The translations under genes and the position numbers were made by a program. A stretch of DNA of 64,000 nt from Ostreococcus lucimarinus (Eukaryota): NCBI GenBank assembly GCA_000092065.1, contig CP000593.1; one strand, given 5' to 3'. Below, piece by piece: positions 56,678-64,000 of this stretch (position 1 is the first letter of the stretch; the number at the start of each line of letters is the position of its first letter). Under the pieces are notes generated by a model that worked only from the letters and a program-made list of their open reading frames with translations, did no database searches and was not told the DNA's origin.

Positions 56678-58388
56678 ATGGCGAGCGACGCGAGCGAGGG
56701 CGCGAGCGACGCGCCGGGCGCGCCGTCGGCGTACCCCACGAACGCGTCGGCGTACGAGCTGCTCGAGGAGATCGGGCACGGCGTGAGCGCGACGGTGCGC
56801 GCGAGGCGAACGACGCGACGCGACGCGACGCGACGCGACGACGACGCGCGAGACGACGCGCGCGCGATGACGCGAGACGGACGCGGGACTGACGGGCGAG
56901 CGATGGTGTCGGCGCGCGACGCAGGTGTGGCGAGCGCGATGCGCGACGAACGACGAAGTCGTCGCGGTGAAGGTTTTGGATCTCGAGGAACACGAGCCGG
57001 AACACCTGGACGAGATCCGACGCGAGGCGCAGACGATGAGCATGCTGAGTCATCCGAATTTGGTGAAATATTATAGCTCGTTCGTGAACGAGGCGTCGCT
57101 TTGGGTGGTGATGCCGTATCTCGCGGGGGGATCGGCGCTGAATTTGATGAAGTGGTCGCATCCGGGAGGTTTCGAGGAACCCGTCATCGCGTGCATCGTC
57201 AAGGCGGCGCTCAAGGCGCTGGATTACTTTCATCGTAATGGGAATATTCATCGAGACATCAAGGCTGGGAACATTTTGGTGGATGAGAACGGGGCGGTGA
57301 AGCTGGCCGATTTCGGCGTGAGCGCTTCGTGTTGGGGTTCGGGAGGCCGACCGCGGTCGCACCAGACTTTTGTCGGCACGCCGTGCTGGATGGCGCCAGA
57401 GGTGATGGAGCAAGAGAACGGGTACGATTTTCACGCCGACATTTGGTCGCTCGGGATCACGGTGCTGGAGTTGTGCCACGGGCACGCGCCGTTTTCCAAG
57501 TTTCCGCCGATGAAGGTGCTCTTGATGACGCTTCAAAACCCAGCGCCGACGCTCGAAGAGCAACCCGAAGACGGTCGGCATTTCTCTCGCGCCCTTCGCG
57601 AGTTCGTCAGTCTTTGCCTGCAAAAGGATCCGTCCAAGCGCCCGCCGGCGAGCAAGCTTTTGGAGCACAAATTTTTGAAGGAGGCGAAGAAAGCCGATTG
57701 GCTCGCGAAGACGTTGCTCGAAAACATCCCTTCTCTGGGCGATCGCACGCGCATGCTCGCCGAACGCGAGGCGAAACGGCGCGCGGAATCGAACGCCGTG
57801 GGTGAGGCGCAAGCGGAAGCCGCTTCGAACGAAGCTTACAAGCACGGGGTGTCTAATTGGAATTTTGACGTCGACGAATTGAAGGCGCAGGCGGCGGCGA
57901 TGGACGATCCCGCGGTGGCTGAATCCAACGCCATCGCCGCGGCGAACGCGCTCGAAAACATGCACATGGGCGAAAAGAGGAGCATCGAGAAGAAAGGCCG
58001 ATTCGAAATCATCACCGAAGACGCGCCCGAGTCGTCGGCGACGTCGCAAACGGTGCAGCGACGAGGACGGTTTGACATCATCGAGGACAACCAGCGCGGC
58101 AGCCGAAGCACGTCTCCCACGCCCGCGAGCTCACCCGCGCCGGGCGTTTCGCGCACAAAGAAGGCGGTACAAAAAGGTCGATTCACCGTGCACTCCGAAG
58201 CCGGCGCGGACGACATGGGCGTGGATCTACGCTACTTTTCCGAAGTCGCGCAATCCGCCGCCTCCGTCTCCGCCGCCCTCCGCGATCTCTACGCCCAAGC
58301 CCAAGCCCAAGCGACCGCCATCGCCGAGCTTCGCGACGAGAACGCCCGTCTCCGCGCCCGCGTCGCCGAGCTCTCCGAACGCGCCTAG
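56678..58388 (+). CDS. OSR1/SPAK/Fray-like STE20 Ser/Thr kinase, two exons: join(56678..56794,56925..58388)
   Basis: Exon 1 supplies MASD...YELLEEIGHGVSAT (glycine loop). Exon 2 starts with GTG: V-WRARCATNDEVVAVKVLDL..., then HRDIKAGNILVDENGAVKLADFGVS, TFVGTPCWMAPEV, and is collinear with OSR1 through FPPMKVLLMTLQN and CLQKDPSKRP. Phase-0 130-nt intron. Confidence 0.87.
56795..56924 (+). mobile_element. Introner-like element forming the OSR1-like kinase intron (130 nt)
   Basis: GTGCGCGCGAGGCGAACGACGCGACGCGACGCGACGCGACGCGACGACGACGCGCGAGACGACGCGCGCGCGATGACGCGAGACGGACGCGGGACTGACGGGCGAGCGATGGTGTCGGCGCGCGACGCAG. Looks like an internally deleted version of the UGDH copy. Confidence 0.85.
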
Positions 58389-58453
58389 ACGCGCGCTTCA
58401 CATCGACTCTGTAACATCACCCGACGCCGCCTCGCGTCCCGAACCCGTCGTCC

Positions 58454-58801
58454 TCACTCCCCCGGAATCATCTCGTACGACCACCCGCGCGCGCCTCGCG
58501 CCGTCATCCACATCACCGTCGTCGCGTACCCTCCCGCCAGCGCGCACATCCCTCCCACCACCGTCAGCGCCGTCGTCGTCCCTCGCGCCGCGTGCGCGTC
58601 CGCCTCGATCGCGCCCAGCGCGAAGAGCGCGCGCGTCCCGAGCATCGCCGTCCCCAGCGCGAGCAGCGTCGGTCCCAGGCACTTCGTCTTCGTCGGCAGT
58701 CGCGCCCACGCCCGCGCCCGCGCCCGCGCGTCCATCTCGTCGTCGTCGTCGTCGTCGTCCTCGTCCTCGCGCGCGGGATCGCGGAACTGGTCGGCGTGCA
58801 T
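58454..58801 (-). CDS. Candidate small two-TM protein (hypothetical)
   Basis: MHADQFRDPAREDEDDDDDDDEMDARARARAWARLPTKTKCLGPTLLALGTAMLGTRALFALGAI...TTALTVVGGMCALAGGYATTVMWMTARG... GC3-rich codons typical of real genes here. Embedded in an otherwise Arg-rich intergenic stretch. Confidence 0.3.
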   Translation of the reverse strand: MHADQFRDPAREDEDDDDDDDEMDARARARAWARLPTKTKCLGPTLLALGTAMLGTRALFALGAIEADAHAARGTTTALTVVGGMCALAGGYATTVMWMTARGARGWSYEMIPGE

Positions 58802-59298
58802 CGCGCGCGCGCGTCGCTCGACGATCCTGTGCCGCATGCGTCGCGCGCGCGTCGACGACGACGCGCGAATGCGCGGCGCGCGCGCGGGACGGTCGAGCGA
58901 CGCGCGACGCCGCGTCGATCGCGACGCGTCGTCGTCGACGCGCGCGCGAGGCGGTCGTCGACGCGCGGCGCGGTGACGGCCGCGTCGAACGACGTAACAG
59001 CGTTCGTTGTTACGGGCGCGCTTCCCGCGCGCGCGTCGTCGGGGAGGCGAAGCGCCGAAAATAGAAGTCGGCGAAGCGACGCATCGCGACGCATCGCGAC
59101 GCATCGCGACGCGCGGAGAGCGGTGAACGAACGCGATGGAGGGCGAAACGAACGCGAGGACGCGGCGCGCGGTGGAGTGCGTGACTCTGGCGAATCTTCC
59201 GGGGATGATTGGAACGCCGACGGTGCGTCGTCGCGCGCGGATGGCGGCCGTCGCGCGCGCGCGAAGACTCGACTCGAACGACTCACGACGGAGCGTCG

Positions 59299-60741
59299 AT
59301 GCGTCGTCGCGCGCAGGCATCGATGAAACCGAAGACGCAATCGCTGAGTTTTGTGAATGGCTACGCGATTCCTCGAGACTCGGACGGCGAGGTCGATGTG
59401 TTCGACGCGAACGCGTTCGCGGACGCGCCCGCGCGCGGCGAGGCGAAGGCGTACGCGCCCGAGTACGTTAAATTGCACGGGCTCGTCTTGCGATTTAACG
59501 CGTATTTTGATGAAACCGTCGAAAACGGTCAAAAGGAGAGCGCGAGATGCCGGAAATGCGTCATTTACTTTTTCCTCGAGGACGGATCGATCAAAATCAC
59601 GGAACCGCGCGTGGAGAACAGCGGCATGCCCCAAGGCGCGTTTCTCAAGCGTCACGTCGTGCGCGGCGTGACTTTGGGAGATTTAAACGTTGGCAAAGCG
59701 GTAACGATCTACGGGTTCGAGTTTAAAATTTATCGCTGCGATGGATTCACGCGCGATTACCTCGGACGCGTCGGCGTCGATGTCCCGAATGATGAGCGCG
59801 AACCCGACGGCGTCGGTCCGTCGTGGGAGGAGGTTCGGCTCGCGCGTCGCGCCGCGCGTTCTACGAAGAAGGATGCTCGAGGGAAATTTCTCACGCACGA
59901 CAAGCAAGTGCTTCGCTTCTACTGCGTTTGGGACGACAGGTCGAAATTCGGCGACAGGCGAAGATTTGTTCTGACGTTCTTTCTCATCGACGACACCGTC
60001 GCCATCACCGAAGTCGAAGCGAACAAATCGGGGCGAGGAAGCGGGATGTCTTCGACGCTTCTGCACAGGTCCAGATTACCTCTGCGCGATGAAGATGCGA
60101 ACGCCAGAGGTCTAGCGAACGATGATTTCGATTATGTCACCGCGGAAGACTTGCACGTCGGGGACACGATTCGAGTGTACAAGAGAGATTTCTTCATCTA
60201 CGACTGCGACGAATTCACGAAGTCGTGGTACCTGACGAAATTCCCGGGCGAGTTGACGGAGGCTGCTTTCGAGCCGCACGACGTCACCGAGCCCGAGGAT
60301 ACTGTTCCAGCGCATCGCATACCTGAGCACACAGGTCTCGCCATCGGGAGCGAAGAGGACAGCTTGCAAAACTGCATTTCGCTCATTCCCAAGCCGCCGC
60401 GCAAGGACGTCGCGAAGGATGACGAAATCGTTTTGCAGTTTCGCGCCGAAATGGTCCCGATCAGCGACGCTGATGAAGTGTGCGAATTCGATGCTTCGCG
60501 TCGTTTTGTGGTCTCGTTCCACGTCGGTGACAAGACGTTGTCAATTTTCGAACAAGCGTCAAAGGACAGTTGCTCGAGCAAGTTTCTGGAGCGCGCCAGA
60601 GTCAGGAAGCGCGACGAGACGGGCGCGTTTTACGACTTGCGCGACATGCGCGTGGGTTCGGTGCTCGAAATTCACTCTCGCGCTTTCAAGCTCGGCGAGA
60701 GCGACGAATTCACGCGCAAGTACCTCGAAAACGCGGTGTGA
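59299..60741 (+). CDS. EFHC1/Rib72-like flagellar microtubule inner protein (three DM10 domains, no EF-hand tail)
   Basis: SLSFVNGYAIPRD (cf. human EFHC1 SYRNGYAIVRR). Three DM10 repeats (VLRFNAYFDE...IYFFLEDGSIKITEP, VLRFYCVWDD...FVLTFFLIDDTVAITE, VLQFRAEMVP...FVVSFHVGDKTLSIFEQ). SLQNCISLIPKPPRKDV (cf. SAQNCFALIPKAPKKDV). Confidence 0.85.
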   Translation: MRRRAQASMKPKTQSLSFVNGYAIPRDSDGEVDVFDANAFADAPARGEAKAYAPEYVKLHGLVLRFNAYFDETVENGQKESARCRKCVIYFFLEDGSIKITEPRVENSGMPQGAFLKRHVVRGVTLGDLNVGKAVTIYGFEFKIYRCDGFTRDYLGRVGVDVPNDEREPDGVGPSWEEVRLARRAARSTKKDARGKFLTHDKQVLRFYCVWDDRSKFGDRRRFVLTFFLIDDTVAITEVEANKSGRGSGMSSTLLHRSRLPLRDEDANARGLANDDFDYVTAEDLHVGDTIRVYKRDFFIYDCDEFTKSWYLTKFPGELTEAAFEPHDVTEPEDTVPAHRIPEHTGLAIGSEEDSLQNCISLIPKPPRKDVAKDDEIVLQFRAEMVPISDADEVCEFDASRRFVVSFHVGDKTLSIFEQASKDSCSSKFLERARVRKRDETGAFYDLRDMRVGSVLEIHSRAFKLGESDEFTRKYLENAV

Positions 60742-60784
60742 GCGCGTGATTGCTGACGCGTGAATATATGTAATGCATTGCTCG

Positions 60785-61891
60785 CTATTGATACGTTTCC
60801 ACGAGGGGTATGTGTTCGGCGCCAAACATCGTCTGGAAATCCGTGATGCAATCACCGCGCTTGAGGTGATGTCCCGCACCACTGCTAATTCCAGCGACGC
60901 CAACTCCACCCAACTTAGCCTTGGTGTAATACATCAAACTTGCCGGCACGTACACGGGCGCCTCGCGCGTAATCGAGGAGATTAAAAATTGCATCGCGAT
61001 GTCCTCGCAATTCCCCCCCCCCTTGTCGATGTATTCCCGCACACCGTCGGGTAAATGCTCCTTATACAGTTTTAAATATTTTTGATCCATGAACGCCGCC
61101 TTGGTGAGGATGATACTGTACTTCCCACTCCACCAAAGTTGAAACTCGTTCGCGACGTATCTCCACGAGCACCCGTCGCTCGGCTTCTTCGCCGGCGCAT
61201 AATTCCTCGCGTAATACCCCACCAACGCGTCAGGGTGCTTCTGCCACGCCTTAAATCCTCTATATAAAGTCTCACACGGAATTCTCACGTCCTCATCCAC
61301 GTTAAACACCGCCCTGGTGCGCAAATCATCCAACGGTTCAAATCTATTCTGTATGCTCGTCGATTCCGCGTGCGCGTCGTATCGCACCAATCCCGGCTTC
61401 TTCTTCACAAAGTATCCATCCTCCGCCGTCCCCTCTCGCGGTGCGTCGCGTTTTTCGCTCCACACCACGCGTATCTCCTCCACGCCTCGGCATTTCCCGT
61501 AGTGTCTCAGCGCCGTCTTCAACAAATCCGGTCTTTCAAACGTATTCAGCAGCACCGCGAACCCATCCGCGCGCATCGCCTCGCTCTCTGCCGTCAGCGC
61601 CCGCGCCCGCGCTCGCGCCGCGTCGACGTCCCACTTCCCCGGCGTCTCCTCGCACCGTCCGCTTCGATCGCGGTGCGCGTTGAGCGTCGGCGCGAACGCG
61701 CGAGACGTCGCGCGCGCCAAGTGCGCCATCGCCCAAATCCCCAAAACCGTCCCCGCGACGCGCGCGACGACGCGCGGCGCCCCTCCTCGCGCGCGCATCG
61801 CGTGCGTCGATCCGCGCCGCGCCGCCGCGGACGCGTGCGTCGCCGCGCGCGCGCTCGACGCCGTCGCCATCGCGGACGGGCGAACGCGCAT
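60785..61891 (-). CDS. GT64-family glycosyltransferase (EXTL-type / plant GINT1-EPC1-like), type II membrane topology
   Basis: GFAVLLNTFERPDLLKTALRHYGKCRGVEEIRVVWS...NRFEPLDDLRTRAVFNVDEDV...GGGNCEDIAMQFLISSITREAPVYV match the GT64 pattern. Signal anchor VLGIWAMAHLARA. Alternative ATG giving a shorter N-terminus at 61798. Confidence 0.8.
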   Translation of the reverse strand: MRVRPSAMATASSARAATHASAAARRGSTHAMRARGGAPRVVARVAGTVLGIWAMAHLARATSRAFAPTLNAHRDRSGRCEETPGKWDVDAARARARALTAESEAMRADGFAVLLNTFERPDLLKTALRHYGKCRGVEEIRVVWSEKRDAPREGTAEDGYFVKKKPGLVRYDAHAESTSIQNRFEPLDDLRTRAVFNVDEDVRIPCETLYRGFKAWQKHPDALVGYYARNYAPAKKPSDGCSWRYVANEFQLWWSGKYSIILTKAAFMDQKYLKLYKEHLPDGVREYIDKGGGNCEDIAMQFLISSITREAPVYVPASLMYYTKAKLGGVGVAGISSGAGHHLKRGDCITDFQTMFGAEHIPLVETYQ

Positions 61892-61911
61892 GCGTCACAC
61901 AGTGCCGCGTC

Positions 61912-62676
61912 ATGTCGCGCGCCGACGACGACGCGCGCGCGCGCGCGCTCGACGGCGCGATCGAGGCGTTGGGAAAGCGGTCGACGTTCAGCGACGGCGC
62001 GCGCGCGATCGAGCGCGCGGCGAGGGCGCGAGACGAAGGCGACGCGCGCGTGAGCGTCGCGCTGGCTCGCGCGGGACGGCGCGTCGCGACGACGCTGAAG
62101 AGTCGATACGGCGATGCGCGCGCGGAGGCGTGGGACGTCGGCGTGCGCGCGATCGAGGCGTGTCGCGACGCGGTCGGTGGGAGCGATCGGGAGGCGCTGG
62201 TGGCGGCGTTGGCGACGTTGGCCGAGACGCGCGAGGCGACGGCGACGGCGCCGCGCGAGGACGAGACGGCACCGAAGACGAAGACGAAGACGAAGGACGA
62301 GACGATGGATGAGAACGTCGATGGTGTCGTGAACGAGGCGCTGCGTTTGATTTTAGCCGCGCGCCGACGATCTCTTGAAAGTCTCGTCGACGGTTTAGAA
62401 CGAGACTTTGACGAGAGCGAAGGTTCGCGCGCGGCGGCGTCCACGGTGAGCGTGGAAGCGCTGAGATATCGTAAACCACGCGATGACGAAGTAGGGATGA
62501 AGTGTTCAATTTGTTTCGATTGCTACGCGACGGATGAAGTGGTCGTGGCGATGCCGTGCAGCGCTTCGCACGTGTTTCACGAGCGCTGCGTGAAGGAGTG
62601 GCTGGCGCGAGACGATTCGTGTCCGTTGTGTCGCAGTTCGTTGCCGGTGTGGCTCGGTCGGCCTCAGTATTCGTAG
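61912..62676 (+). CDS. RING-H2 finger E3 ubiquitin ligase-like protein
   Basis: C-terminal CSICFDCYATDEVVVAMPCSASHVFHERCVKEWLARDDSCPLCRSSL (C3H2C3 RING-H2). N-terminal helical Ala/Arg-rich region. Confidence 0.8.
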   Translation: MSRADDDARARALDGAIEALGKRSTFSDGARAIERAARARDEGDARVSVALARAGRRVATTLKSRYGDARAEAWDVGVRAIEACRDAVGGSDREALVAALATLAETREATATAPREDETAPKTKTKTKDETMDENVDGVVNEALRLILAARRRSLESLVDGLERDFDESEGSRAAASTVSVEALRYRKPRDDEVGMKCSICFDCYATDEVVVAMPCSASHVFHERCVKEWLARDDSCPLCRSSLPVWLGRPQYS

Positions 62677-62748
62677 TCTTTAGTATTCGTAGTCGGTATT
62701 TGTAGATTCGTTGTGATGTTATTGCATGTAAAAGTAGTTGGAACTAGT

Positions 62749-63630
62749 CTAGGCGCCCGCCGTGGCCGTGGCGGCGTACCCAACGCGGAATGTCTTCACC
62801 GCCTGAGCCGCTTCGTCCTCGGAACGGAAATAACCCAACTGTTTCGATTTACCCTCAACCTTAACTTCGGCACGCCATTTGACAGTCTTCTTACCGCTCT
62901 TCCAGGTGTGTTCGTACTTGCGTACACCCTCGTGCTTGCTCGTACAACGGGATCGAGAGGTACCTTGTCTTCGAATCTTGATGTGTAAGCTCGCTCTATA
63001 TTTGTCTAAATCACCCGCAAAATGGTCTAAATGCGCGAGTTGGTACTCCTGCCGATCGAAGTTCGTCACGGCCAATCCGCCGAGACACACTATAGCCGCT
63101 TGATCGTACGTCCTCGCGGCGTCCTCCTCCTTTGCGTGCACTCCCAAGCTAAACTTTTTACCGTTGTGTTCAATCTCGCTCCGATATCGTCCCGTTCGCG
63201 AGCACCGGTGCACGCCTCTATACACGCTCATACTCTTCGACTTATCCGGCGCCCTATCGCTCGTCATCCTTCGCAACGCTTGTATGTTCCCGTTCAACTT
63301 TGAGAGCTCGTCCAACTCAAATTCATACCGATTCGACGTCGCGAAATTCTTCGGTTGCCTCCCGAGCACGATGCTCGCCCGGTCGAACGCCATCGCCGCC
63401 GCCTCGACGTCGCTAAACACGCCCAGCCCGTACGTCTTGCCCTCGCTATTGATCATCGCGCGGTATTTTCCATTTTTCCACTTGTACACGCCTCGGTACT
63501 TGCCGAGCGATTCGCCGCTCACTTCCTTTGTTTTCTTCGCGCGCGGTTGCGTGCCGGGCAAGCCATCGACCGCGTGCGCGCTTTCGCTCGTCGGCGTTCG
63601 CGCGCGGCTCGCTCGGAGCGCGGTCGGCAT
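62749..63630 (-). CDS. AP2/ERF-domain transcription factor with three AP2 domains
   Basis: YRGVYKWKNGKYRAMINSEGKTYGLGVFSDVEAAAMAFDRASIV; YRGVHRCSRTGRYRSEIEHNGKKFSLGVHAKEEDAARTYDQAAIVCLGGLAVTNF; HEGVRKYEHTWKSGKKTVKWRAEVKVEGKSKQLGYFRSEDEAAQAV. Confidence 0.85.
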   Translation of the reverse strand: MPTALRASRARTPTSESAHAVDGLPGTQPRAKKTKEVSGESLGKYRGVYKWKNGKYRAMINSEGKTYGLGVFSDVEAAAMAFDRASIVLGRQPKNFATSNRYEFELDELSKLNGNIQALRRMTSDRAPDKSKSMSVYRGVHRCSRTGRYRSEIEHNGKKFSLGVHAKEEDAARTYDQAAIVCLGGLAVTNFDRQEYQLAHLDHFAGDLDKYRASLHIKIRRQGTSRSRCTSKHEGVRKYEHTWKSGKKTVKWRAEVKVEGKSKQLGYFRSEDEAAQAVKTFRVGYAATATAGA

Positions 63631-63808
63631 CGCGCACGAGTCGCGATTTGACCGATTGCGAATGCGCGATTCGAAAGAATTGCCCGGTGACTGTCCCCGC
63701 CGGGACGCGCGCGGGTAAAGTCTGTCGGCGATCGAGACGCGTGGGAGGGGTCGTGGAATTGTGCGCTAGCGGTAAATGAGATATACAATGAACGATTCGC
63801 GCGCGAGT

Positions 63809-64000
63809 TAGGCGTCGTTGACGTCTTCGTCGTCGGAATTCATGGCTTCGCGAACGCTGCGCAGGGCGAGCGCGGCGGCGCACAGGGCGAGCGAGACGCC
63901 CAGAGACGCGGCAAAGTTGGATGACTCCAACGCGTCGTCGGATTCGCGCACGGATTTGTGCCTGGAGTGACGCGATGGATGCACGAGGCGAGACGAAGCG
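63809..64000 (-). CDS. 3' end of a gene that starts beyond the window (membrane-protein-like tail)
   Basis: In-frame ...SNFAASLGVSLALCAAALALRSVREAMNSDDEDVNDA, then a TAA complementary to 63809-63811. Not in the ORF track because it has no start within the window. Confidence 0.3.

Noticed and set aside
56054-58049. 329-aa and 586-aa minus-strand ORFs antisense to the mTERF promoter and OSR1-like kinase
   Set aside because: Arg-rich antisense frames with no motifs. The kinase on the plus strand fully explains the region.
59177-59316. GTGCGTGACTCTGG...GCGCGCAG segment upstream of the EFHC1 ATG, considered as a sixth introner or 5'UTR intron
   Set aside because: Only a generic GTGCGTG donor and CAG end, with weak internal similarity to the family. 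Splicing it to the upstream ATG 59136 creates an immediate stop. Left uncalled.
61370-62509. ORFs antisense or alternative to the RING-H2 gene (61370..62053+, 61536..62444-, 61988..62509-)
   Set aside because: Low-complexity shadows.
1-64000. Prokaryotic features (operons, CRISPR, RBS) or rRNA genes
   Set aside because: Gene content is eukaryotic throughout (ESCRT, SNARE, Brf1, P5A-ATPase, Aurora and OSR1 kinases, AP2, mTERF). No repeat-spacer arrays. No rRNA-like conserved stretches seen.

Overview
The window is high-GC (roughly mid-60s % by eye), gene-dense eukaryotic nuclear DNA. It is not prokaryotic: there are no operons, no CRISPR arrays, no rRNA genes and no convincing tRNA genes. I support about 45 protein-coding genes in 64 kb, roughly one per 1.4 kb, on both strands. 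Many are arranged head-to-head or tail-to-tail with only 20-400 bp between them.

The gene content points to a green-lineage picoalga. Mamiellales-like, for example Micromonas, is my inference and not proven. The evidence is a TOC1/PRR-like REC+CCT gene, a multi-AP2-domain transcription factor, an NPSN-type Qb-SNARE, a class II CPD photolyase, a small cyanobacterial/plastid-lineage-type (DUF3007-like) membrane protein, a flagellar Rib72/EFHC1 homologue, and T/R/A-rich transit-peptide-like N-termini.

Most genes are single long exons: folylpolyglutamate synthase, AsnRS, ESCRT-II Vps36, eIF1A, a DCAF8-like WD40 protein, TFIIIB Brf1, a P5A-ATPase, UDP-glucose dehydrogenase, a PurM-family protein, an LMBR1-like protein, an ENT transporter, NSUN2/Trm4, an acyl-CoA dehydrogenase, POP4/Rpp29, a ribokinase/isomerase fusion, Aurora-like and OSR1-like kinases, an RluA pseudouridine synthase, an SMP-C2 protein, an mTERF protein, a GT64 glycosyltransferase, a RING-H2 protein and others.

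The main discovery is that the ORF track hides at least five spliceosomal introns, and all five belong to one repeat family. They share a GTGCG[CT]GCGA donor, (CGACG)n runs, a GCGCGAGACGACGCG core, a GGACTGACG branch-like box, CGATGG, and a GACGCAG or ACAG terminus. Lengths are 109-264 nt. This is the introner-element pattern known from Micromonas. Splicing them out restores missing conserved N-termini of UGDH, the NPSN SNARE and the OSR1-like kinase, repairs a frame break in the small DUF3007-like gene, and reveals a possible 5' exon of the acyl-CoA dehydrogenase.

Many ORF-track entries are Arg/Ala/Pro-rich antisense or out-of-frame shadows of real GC3-rich genes and were rejected. The track also uses GTG/TTG as 'M'; 10-12 is TTG, and 4178, 24382 and 56925 are GTG. 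Some listed starts are therefore not ATG.
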